From the human T2T-CHM13v2.0 reference genome, Homo sapiens: a DNA stretch of 64,000 bases. The stretch lies in NCBI RefSeq assembly GCF_009914755.1, contig NC_060930.1; one strand, 5' to 3'. Below the pieces are notes generated by a model that was given only the letters and a program-made list of their open reading frames with translations, did no database searches and had not been told where the DNA came from. A program made the translations under genes and the position numbers. Within the stretch, counting starts at the first letter, position 1, and the number at the start of each line of letters is the position of its first letter. Shown one piece after another: positions 12,099-25,020 of the stretch.

Positions 12099-13312
12099 TG
12101 AAGTTGTTGCATGAGCAGAAACATCATGGGATCTACTCAAGTATTTGTTTGAGGGCAGGGAAGATGAATCCCTTGAGTGTATTTTGAGGCGCAATAGAAA
12201 ACCAAAATACAGTTGACATTTGAGCAGGCCCCACAAGTTGTGCTAGCTCAGAGTAGGTAACATATGCTTGGGTTAAAATTAAGTAGAGTAGCAATCTGTG
12301 TTTATTGTTACATTTACTTTTGACAAAGGAAGACTTAGAGGCAGAAGCAGTTAGAAAAGGAAAGAAAATGTTTACTTCCCCAGAGTGCAAGGGAGTCAGG
12401 CTTTATAAGACTGGCTCATCAAATAAAATCACAATAAATACTTGAAAGAAAATATTCCACCAAATTACCAAAGTTCTCCATTTACATTAGTCTGTTGTTC
12501 ATGACTAAAAACAACTTTCTTACACAATTATCTATTCCTAAAAGTCGTGACTTGTTTTCAGACATCAGCATAGCAAACAATCAAGGGAAAAAATTATTTC
12601 TTTAAGGGAATGAGATGTGTTTGAAGTTTTATTTTGGAGACCAACTTTCAGGCAGGATGATCATGTTATTTTTGCTTCATGTCAGGGTACAAAGTGATTT
12701 TTTTGCTTGACTGGAGTATGAGAAGTGCTTAGTCCTATTGGAGAGGTGGAAACTGTGCATTTTCCTTGCAATCATGATTCTGCAGTCCCTTATAGTATTG
12801 TTGAGATATGAAGTAAAAAAGCAGAAGTTGAGACTAGCTTTATGAGATGCTAAAATTATATATGTTAAAATCTGAGTTTAATTGTTGCTCGTGTTTCTGT
12901 TATCAAGACCTGTGTAATTTTTGCCTCACTAGAGAACGTTAGTAAAATTTCATAACCCTTCAAGTGAAAATAGTTTGTAAGCTTCAAATAATTCTCCTGC
13001 AAGGTGCATTTGTTTTCCTCTTGCATGTTCTTGGTAATAGCAAAAATAACAATCACTGGAAGGCAGAGCAGGCTGAGGGAGGGGCTTCTTAAGGATTAGT
13101 TTTGAAGTTGCCTGGTTTAACAAGAGAGAAAAATTAGGAGCTGAGTGAGAGAATGTGGTTGTAAACGTTTTCTGTCTTTCTACAAACCTTTGTATAGATT
13201 ATTTCAGGAAATATAATTCTATCTTCTGTGGGGAAAAAAAGAAACGAGAGAGAAAGAAACAAATTTAAGATCAACTATCTAATATAAAACCTACACCATA
13301 TTCCTACCAGTG

Positions 13313-15638
13313 TGATATGATTTGGCTGTGTCCCCGCCTAAATCTCATCTTGAACTGAATTCCCATAATCCCCATGTGTCGTGGGAGGGACCCACTGGGA
13401 GGTAATTGAATCAGGGGGTTGGTTGCCTTCATGAGTTTTCATGAGACTGATGGTTTCATAAGAGGCTTTCCCTCTCTTCACTCTGACTTCTCCTTGCTGC
13501 CGCTATGTAAAGAAGGATGTGTTTGCTTCCCCTTCTGCCATGATTGTAAGTTTCCTGAGGCCTCCCTAGCCCTGCGGAGCTGTGAGTCAATTAAACCTCT
13601 TTCCTTTGTAAATTACCCAGTCTCAGGTATGTCTTTATTGGCAGCATGAGAATGGACTAACACCATAAATTGGTACTGAGGTAGTGGGGAGTTACTATTA
13701 AAGATACCAGAAAATGTGGAAGCGACTTTGGAACTGGGTAATGGGCAGAGGTTGGAACAGTTTGGAAGGCTCAGAAGAAGACAGGAAAATGTGGGCAAGT
13801 TTGGAATTTCCTGGAGATGTAGAGGGCTCAGAAGAAGACAGGAAAATGTGGGAAAGTTTGGAACTTCCTAGAGACTTGCTGAATGGCTTTGACCAAATAC
13901 TGATAGTGATATGGACAATGAAGTCCAGGCTGAGGTGGTCTCAGATAGAGATGAGGAATTTGTTGGTAACTGGAGCAAAGGTGACTCTTGCTATGGTTTA
14001 GTAAAGAGACTGGTGACATTTTACCCTGCCCTAGAGATCTGTGGATCATCAGAGAGATGATTTAGGGTGTCTGGTAGAAGAAATTCCTAAGCAGCAAAGT
14101 GTTCAAGAGGTGACAGAGCATAAAAGTTTTGGAAAATTTGCAACCTGACAATGTGGTAGAAAAGAAAAACTCATTTTCTGGGAGAAATTCAAGCCAGCTG
14201 CAGAAATTTGCATAAGTAACAAGGAGCTAAATGTTGATTGCCAAGACAAAGGGGAAAATGTCTCCAGGGCATGTCGGAGACCTTTGTAGCAGCTCCTCCC
14301 ACCCATGGCCTGGAGGCCTAGGAAGAAAAAATGGTTTTGTGGGCTGGGTTCAGGCCCCCCCTGCTGCGTGCAGTCTAGAGACTTGGTGCCCTGCATCCTA
14401 GTCATTGCAGCCATGGCTAAAAGGGGCCAAGGCATACAAAGGGGCCAAGGTATAGCTCAGGCTGTAGTTTCAAAGGGTTTAAGCCCCAAGCCTTGGCAGC
14501 TTCCATTTGGTGTTGAGCCTATGGGTAAACAGAGGTCAAGAATTGAGGTTTGGGAACCTCCACCTAGATTACAGAGGATATATAGAAATGCCTGGATGTC
14601 CAGCCAGAAGTGTGCTGCAGGGACAGAGCCCTCATGGAGAACCTCTGTTAGGGCAACGCAGAAAGGGAATGTGGAGTCAGAGCCCTCACACACAGTCTTC
14701 AGTGGGGCACTGCCTAGTGGAGTTCTGAGAAGAGGGCCACTGTCCTCCAGTCGCCAGAATGGTGGATCCACTGATAGCTTGCCCCGTGCACCTGGAAAAG
14801 CCACAGACACTCAATGCCAGCTGTGAAGGCGCCAGGAGGGGGCTGTACCCTACAAAGCCACAGGGGTGAAGCTGCCCAAGGCTATGGGAGCCCACCTCTT
14901 GCATAAGCATGACCTGAATGTGAGATATAGAGCCAAAGGAGATTATTTCAGAGCTTTAAGATTTAATTACTGCTTTATTGGATTTCAGACTTGCATGGGG
15001 CCTGTAGCCCCTTTGTTTTGGCCAATTTCTCCCATTTGGAACAGTTGTATTTACCCAATGCCTGTACCCCCATTGTATCTAGGAAGTAACTAACTTGTTT
15101 TTTATTTTACAGACTGATAGGCAGGAGTTGCCTTGTCTCAGGTGAGACTTTGGACTTGGACTTTTGAGTTAATGCTGGAATGAGTTAAGACTTTGGGGAA
15201 CTGTTGAGAAGGCATGATTGTGTTTTGAAATGTGAGGATATGAGATTTGGGAGGGGCCAAGAGTGTAATGATATGGTTAGGTTTTGTGTCCCCACCCGTC
15301 TCATCTTGAACTGTAGTGCTCATAATCCCCATGTGTTGTGGGAGGGACCTGGTGGGAGGTAATTGAATCATGGGGGCAGTTATCCCCATGCTGTTCTCCT
15401 GATAGTGAGTGAGTTCTCATGAGAGCTGATGGTTTTATAAGGGGCTTTCCCCCTTTTGCTCACACTTCTTGCTGCCGCCATGTGAAGAAGGATGTGTTTG
15501 CTTCCCTTTCCACCATGACTGTAAGTTTCCTGAGGCCTTCTTAGCCATATTGAACTGTGAATCAATTAAACCTCTTTTCTTTATAAATTACCCAGTCTCA
15601 GGTATGTCTTTATTAGCAGTATGAGAATGGACTAAAAA
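13313..15638 (+). mobile_element. Full-length THE1 MaLR element (5' LTR ~13313-13664, internal region, 3' LTR ~15269-15638)
   Basis: Two homologous LTRs (TGATATG...TCAATTAAACCTCTT...AATGGACTAA) flanking THE1-int-like sequence; decayed internal ORF at 14305-14826. Confidence 0.9.
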
Positions 15639-17409
15639 CTTCCACTGAATTATCCCAATGGGAGAGGAGGGTTAATCCTTATTTCTAGGATTCTGAAGCA
15701 GAGGCCAAAGGTGGCAGGAGCAAACATTTATTTGGTTCTTACAGTTTACTCTGTAACATATCTGCACTTATTTAATATAAAACATAATCCTCCAGGTCTT
15801 GTATTATTGATGCTCCAGGAAGATGAACCAGGTATGCCCTGAGACTCTGGGGACTATTTGGGACCCTTAGACCTTGGCAAGCTGAGGGACACTATATTCT
15901 TGCCCTCACTTTATAAAGCCCCTCTTTTCTGGCCAGGCCCCTCCCTGAAAGATGAGGAGGCTATGGGGTGCCTTGAGCCTGCACTGCCCTTGCACCCCAA
16001 ACTCTGGTTTGCTTGTAATTGATTGTCCTGAGGTTGCAGTGGGTGCAGTAGGTGGAGAAACCACAAGAGCCACACATCCTAGTTTAAGAGCCCAGGCCTC
16101 AGAAGATAAGATGGTCATTAGAACGTTCAGCTTTTCTACTGCTGTGTCTCAAGCTCTTAAATAAACCACTGCTTTAACTTACATTTCCATTTCTGTGGAA
16201 CAGAGCTGGAAATACCTGGTACCTCTCCTTTTCACTTGTTTGCTAAAAGAATGGTTCAGCTCAGGACCATAATAAATAGTGTGTGATATGGTGTGTGCTG
16301 TTTGGAGACAGATACCACAAGCCAAAAATACAAAGTAGTCTTGTTTGGCAAGTCATCCTCACAGTGATTTAAGACACGGCCAGTCTCTCTTCTTAGTCTT
16401 ATTCTGCCAACTCTTTCAATAACTCCACTAATTAGAACTTAAAGAGTGGTTGATTCCCTGGTATTCTTAAAATGGTCTAATTTGAAAGTTTAAAATCTTT
16501 AAAGTTTTAATTCACCTAGTCAGGCCGTTTTAGAATAGCAGCTATATAAAACAGTATGAGGACTCAGTGAGAGGCCAAGTCTAGTCTTTGGGGAGTCTGA
16601 TGTATACTTTCTTGCTACTAAAATGAGAGATTCAGATAATCCACATAATGGGATTTAAGAGAAGAGAGAGATCCTCAATGTAGTGAAATAGTTGGAGAGA
16701 TCTACTTGGAGGAGGTAGTATCTGATCCCTACCCTCAAGGGTAGACAGGAATCTGGAAAGGAGGGAGAGGAAGTCCAGCTTGCAGGTGGAACTGAATGGG
16801 CAAAAGCTCAGAGGACCATTTTGAGGGTTCCCCCGCTGCAGGTTCCTGTACCATCATGAGCCCTCCCTTTTTTAATGACCCTGTTGTTTCTACTGTCTAT
16901 GTCTTCAGGCTTTTGTGTTGTCCCTCAAGCTGTGTGTGTATGGGGGGGTGAGGGGTGTGGGGTGAGTGGGTGGGTGGGTGTATTTGAAAGAATGAAGTTC
17001 ATTGTGTGGCAGAGGATAGTTTGAAATACAAGCCTGAATTCTTTAAGAGCACAGTCCACAGTCCTTGAATTTTTGACCTCTACTAAATCTTTCATGGTTA
17101 AGTAACAGTGTTTAAAATATCCTTGTTGATCTGAATGGACTCATAATAATTTTACTGTGTTCAAAACTAGTGCTCTTTCTCTGTGAAGGGCATATTTATG
17201 AGAACTTAGTAGATGTGTTTGCTGAAGACGGCATGTAGTGGGATAGATTAATGACATTTTGTAAATGTTTTCTTTTCAAAAATGTATTTTTTTTTAGTTA
17301 TAGTTAGAGTGATTGGTACAAAGTAAGTCATTTTTAATGGACTTCCTAGGACAGTTTAATTAGTTTACCAAAGAGAACATTGTTTTCTCCAAATTAGTTT
17401 CAGCACCTA

Positions 17410-18105
<696 letters not shown>

Positions 18106-18129
18106 CGGCACCTTATTCACATTGTAGTA

Positions 18130-18489
18130 CAGTCGGGGCTCCACACCCGTGGGTTCCACATCCATGGATTTAGCCAATTGTGGATGGAAAATATTTAAAC
18201 AAGAAAAGGATAGTTGACTAGATTTGAACAAAAAAAGGATTCTGAACATGCACAGACTTTTTTTCCTTGTAATTTATTTCCTTAATAATACAGGATAGCA
18301 ACTATTTACATAGCATTTATATTGTATTAGGTATTATAAGTAATCTAGAGATTATTTAAAGTATACCAGAGGCTGTGCATAGGTTCTATGCAAATACTAC
18401 ACCATTTTATACTAGGGACTTGAGAATCTCTGGATTTTGGTATCTGAGAGGTCCTGGAACCAAGCCCCCACAGATGCTAAGGAATGACT
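18130..18489 (-). mobile_element. MER2 (Tigger-type) DNA transposon
   Basis: CAGTCGG...CCGTGGGTTCCACATCCATGGATT at one end and GGTCCTGGAACCAAGCCCCCACAGATGC at the other resemble MER2 termini. Confidence 0.7.
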
Positions 18490-18771
18490 TTATATATATA
18501 CACAATGAATGATGATAGTGACGCTGGACATGCTGGACATCGGGCAGCCAAGATGAACTTGAATAAGGTGTTGGTGGAGCTGTCAGGTACAGCTGATGAG
18601 GCTGCGAGGGCAGAGATCCAAATCTGCACTGAAACCCTTATGAAGGCCCTGGAGTAGGCAAGCCTGCCCCCAAGACCTCTGTGCTCTGGAGCCACCTCCA
18701 CGAATGACCTGCCCCCAGCCGTCACCCTTCATTGAAAATGAAGAAGCCTGAAAAAAAAAAATATACACACA

Positions 18772-19095
<324 letters not shown>

Positions 19096-19790
19096 TCACA
19101 TGTGTGCTTTCACATGCATGTGAACACACATACACACCCATAATACAAATAGATAGAGACCACTGAGTTTGTAATACAAGTGAAAAGCAACTTGGTATTT
19201 CGTTAAGTTACAGAATCATAGATCTGGAAGGACTTTCACTACATCCCTTCTGGTTCTTTTCCTTTGTTTGTAAAGGGGGTGAGTATTTCAGCCATAATAG
19301 GTAGCTCTCATGTGAATGCAGTAGACAGAGGCAGTGTGATGTGAACCGCCATGGAAGTGTCTGCTTGCTGTGAAAATATTGATGTCAGACTGCTAGCCCT
19401 CCTGTCTTGCAGAGGACTGCCTTTATTGTGAAATTATATCTTCTCTACTTAGAGGGTGTTTAAGATAACTGTCTACAAAATGATAATTGTTAATAATAGT
19501 TGTTTTTTTAAAATTTTCTTTACTTTGCAAAATAAAAATGCTGGAAACTCTGTATTCCAGGTCCATGAAAACTGGCTGGTCTCTAGAAAACATTCCCCAG
19601 AGACTGGATGGAACCAGTTTAATGAAATTAGGGTGCTTCCTTTTTGTCGTTGGGAAGCTGCTAATTTTCAATGTAATCCATGAGAAGGACCTGAAAGCTT
19701 TGGAATGATAATTTGTAGTGCACTTCTCCTGAAATGAATTGGGCTAATGACAGGTACAACAGAAGGTAAAGCTTATAAAAAGGAGAATTT

Positions 19791-20115
<325 letters not shown>

Positions 20116-20490
20116 CTAGTGTGTTTCCAGGACTGGTCAGGGTGAGAGGACCATGAGCTGGCAAAGCACACATATTCTCCCACCTGTCTATGACTCTGTC
20201 AGGGGTTGAAAGGGATGATTCCTCACAGCTTAGAGGGAGTGTTCCTTTTACTTGAAAGGGAATCCCCACAGGGCTGCTGAAAAGAGCAAAGCTGGATCCT
20301 TGAAGGTGGACCAGGGAGGAAGGATCCACACAGGGAGGGGTGCTCAGATGTCTCAGCACCCTGTCATCCTCTGGGGTTCTCTTTTGCTTTAGAGAGTTCT
20401 CATTACCCTCCCCTCAAGTGCTGTGATTTGGAAGCACTGCTTATTATTATTATTTTTTAAATTATTTGTATTATTTAATTAATTAATTAA

Positions 20491-20782
<292 letters not shown>

Positions 20783-20809
20783 TAAAAAAAAAAAAACTAT
20801 AAACAATAT

Positions 20810-21630
20810 TAGAACTTTTTTGTATTTTGGTTAAAAACGCATAATATAAAATGTACCATTTTTGAATGTACAGTTCAGTGGCATTAAATATATTTACATT
20901 GTTGTACAACCATTACAACTATCCATTTCCAGAACTTTTTCATTATCTCAAACTGAAACTCTTTTACTGGTAAATAACAATTTCCCATTTCCCTACCCTT
21001 AGCTCCTGATAACCACCATTCTATTAGGTTGGTGCAAAAGTAATCATGGTTTTTGCCGTTAAAAGTATTTGCAAAAACCACAATTATGTTTGCACCAACC
21101 CAATACTTGCTGTCTCTAGGAATCTGGCTATTCTAGGTACCCTCATATATGTAGAATCATGCAATATTTGTCCCTTTGTAACTGGCTTATTTCATTTAGC
21201 ATAATGTTTTCAACGTTCATCAATGTTGTGGCATGTTTCAGAACTTCATTGCTTTTTAAGGCTTAATATTGCATTGTATATACAACATTTTATTTATCAT
21301 TCATCTGTGATTAGACACTTGGGTTGTTTTGACCTTTTGGCTATTGTAAATAATACTGTTATGAACATAGGTGTGTATGAATATCTGTTCAAGTCTCTGC
21401 TTGTGGTTCTTTTGTATATATATCCAGAGTTAGAATTGCTATATCATATGGTTATTCCATGTTTAAATTTTTGAGAAACTGCTATACTGTCTTCCACAGC
21501 GGCTGTACCTTTTTACCTTCCTACCAGCAGTGCACAAGGGTTCCAGTTTCTTTATACCCTCACCAACACTTATTTTCTGATTTTTGATAATTGCCATCTT
21601 AATAGGGTGTGTAGTGGTATCTCATTATGA
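20810..21630 (-). mobile_element. Old L1M 3' fragment, interrupted by MADE1
   Basis: L1M-like TACAGTTCAGTGGCATTAAATATATTTACATTGTTGTACAACC and CTGGCTTATTTCATTTAGCATAATGTTTTCAA. Confidence 0.75.
21024..21103. mobile_element. MADE1 (Hsmar1-derived mariner MITE), 80 bp
   Basis: TTAGGTTGGTGCAAAAGTAAT...ATTATGTTTGCACCAACCCAA terminal inverted repeats, TA on both sides. Confidence 0.9.
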
Positions 21631-22433
21631 AGCATTTCTTTTTGATAGTTGATTCTTTGACTTGACACTAGTAATTTAAAGCATGCTTTTCCTAACAGTT
21701 TAGAAATAGAGCAAAAATAAAATAGTCATGGGAACCCAGAAAACCTAACTATAATAAAAGTGGCTGGCTTGGTATTCTACTGATGCCCTCAACTTGCCTA
21801 GAATTTTTTGAAGTACAGACCAAGAAAAGCAAGGTCTAGAAAAGGCGAGAGTTAAGCCTATGCCTTTCCTGTGATGGGGAACCCAACTCAACCATGATAG
21901 CATGTTGTGGTGGCAACCATTGACACTGGAATAAAGGATGGCAGTCTAACACGTTGACACACATGTAGTGGGATGGAGCATTAGGGTCCTGTTTTGTCGT
22001 ATTATTATAACTCCCTTGTCCTGATTCTACATTCACCAGCTAATCTTCTGATCTTAAATTTTGTTTCCCAGACCACGTAAAACATGTGCTGTGGTCAGCT
22101 TGGCCATTGTTTTCCTAATTCAACAAATGGATATGCTCATTATAAATCATTCTGCTATGCTTGATTAGCATGACTGAGTCCATAAGGGCTTTCTCATCTC
22201 TGGAAAACTGAAAATTCAGCTCCCTGAATCTGTAGAGCCAGGGGCGGAGGTGCAGTCGCATCTCAGGGCCATGCCTCTTCTCTTCTCTGGAAATTTTCTC
22301 CAGATGGAGACTTTACAGCTTCTTTCCTGGTGTGTAACATGAAATTCTTGATGTCCAGCTGAAGTCTATTAGAATGGGACTAGTCTGTGGAGTACTACAG
22401 AGCCAGGAAACACTCACTTTAAAAATTACTTCT

Positions 22434-22767
22434 GGCTGGGTGCGGTGGCTCATGTCTGTAATCCCAGCACTTTGGGAGGCAGAGGCAGTCGGATCGCCTG
22501 AGGTCAGGAGTTTGAGACCAACCTTGCCAGTGTGGTGAAACCCCTTCTCTACTAAAAGCACAAAACTTAGCCAGGCATGGTGGTGCACACCTGTAATCTC
22601 AGCTACTAGGGAAGCTGAGGCAGGAGAATCGCTTGAACCCAGGAGGCGGAGGTTGCAGTGAGCCAAGATTACACCACTGCACTTCAGCCTGGGTGACAGA
22701 GGGAGACTCCATCTCAGAAAAAAAACACACAAAAAACAAACAAAACAACAACAACAACAACAAAAAA
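22434..22767 (+). mobile_element. Alu (AluS-like) with (CAA)n-degenerate tail
   Basis: Full Alu dimer. Confidence 0.93.
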
Positions 22768-24564
22768 CTTACTAGCCTGTTTACTACTATATAGGTGCCC
22801 AGGGCATAACAGGAAGATGTAGATTTATGAATCCAAACTGCTTGTCCCCTTTGAGACACCAGCTGGTGAAATAAGGGTGCCCACTTCTTAATTAAGCAAT
22901 TCTTTATTTCAGGTGGTGACTGAATATCTATCAGTGTAAAATATTAAGTCCCATTTCTGTTTTTGGAAGTTGATCTTCTATTGGCATTGATTTTTATGTT
23001 AAGATGGAAGAAGTCTTCAGGCTTGGGAACACTTTTGGTTAGCTGTCTTGCTGCTGGAAACAAGTTGCTTATGTGCACAGGAGAAGGGGGGATAGGCAGG
23101 AAATAGATACATCCTGAATTCTCTTGTTAGCTGTCAGTCACCATTTTTTGAGGACTGCTGGGTAATTGAGTACTTTCTAGGATACACTAGAGAATGGCAT
23201 AAAACTTGGCAGTGTAGAAAAATGTGGGAAGTATGTCCATTTGAAAACGAAGAGCCCAGCGTGCGTGCATTCATGTGTGTGTGTGTGTACGTGCGTGTAA
23301 TGTCTCTAGACTGAATTGAGTGGCCAGAGCATCAGACTTCAAAAGTAAGAGTCATACTCGAGTCAAAATAGTCGTGAGGAGGAGAAGACTACAAAGTCCT
23401 GGAAGCATGACCTTTTTTCTTTAATTGGAGGAGAGAAAAATCCACGCCCCAGGAAAGACATCACTGACTTAAAATGGATTCACAGAAAAAGAATCAGCAG
23501 ACCTGGGAATTAAGTGGGAAGTGCCAGTAGAAGGTGATGGTTCACGCAGACTCTATAAAAAGCAGAAGTAAACTTGAGAATAACACCATGTTACTGTTTT
23601 TTTAAAGTACTGCCCTGGGAGGACACTGTGGCAGCTTTGAGAGGGTCAAGCATGATCCCTTGCTGGGAGGCATTGCCTTATAGAGATGCTTTAAGAAGAT
23701 CCAGCTGGCTCAGAGTGTGATTCATAACCTTGAAGTCTCTCATTTTCTGTGTGGCCCTACCCTAGGCACGAGTAAGCTGGGTGCACCATTGTTCTGTGCA
23801 AGGAGGAAATTAAGCTTCTAAAGTTGCGATTCTGAAGTTCCCACCTTGGGCTCATCAGCCACCAAAGTGCAGCGTGTCTGAGCTTTATCTTTGGTTTCTC
23901 AAGTCTCCTTGCTGGAGGAAAGACAGCGTTATGAGTCACAAGGGTGACTTCTCTATGTTGTGCGGGGGACAGTCATTCCTGGAAGTAAGAGGAAGAAGGA
24001 TAAGAACAGGTAACTGAAAAGACCTTTCTGGCCTGGGCCAGATCAGAGGTTGGTGGTCCTGGGTGGCATGCCTACTTTTGGAGTTTGAGGATTGAAGAGG
24101 AAGGTGAGAGAGTCATTGCAATTGGGAACTTTGATCATCTGACTGGCCATTAGGTCTTCCCCTGTACAAACTGGTCAGCATAGGTCTTTGGATTTGTGGC
24201 ACTGGCTGGCAGTTTCTTGGAATGCCTTAGTAGCTGTGCTGTCAGTTGTGTGCATGTTTGTGTGGGGGCATGCTCATTTTTCAGGGTTTCTGGCACCTTT
24301 TGGATTTCTTCTTAATGTGCTAGTCCTGTGCCTGGGTTGGTGGTCACTTGTAAAACTCATCTGCTGATGTTTACCCCTTAACATGGAAAAAAAGTGTCTA
24401 ACTCCAAAGAAGCAGCCCCCTTAACATGCATACCATCGTAATCCACCAGGGATATTGACACAAAGACATTTATTCACTCTTTGAGAAGTTCTATGTCTGA
24501 GTACATCTCCTCAAATTCAGGGAGGTGGAGAGAATTGCTTGATCCATTTTTAAGAAGGTAGAGA

Positions 24565-25020
<456 letters not shown>

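Noticed and set aside
13768-13875. 57-bp tandem duplication (GGCTCAGAAGAAGACAGGAAAATGTGGG twice)
   Set aside because: Inside THE1-int and plausibly part of the element's own history; no sign of host function
14305-14826. 173-aa ORF as a novel gene
   Set aside because: Lies within the THE1 internal region; a decayed MaLR ORF remnant
18500-18590. ATG-containing stretch ending in CAG|GTACAG as an upstream coding exon
   Set aside because: Weak donor; splicing to 28603 would be out of frame with MRAP2; no independent support
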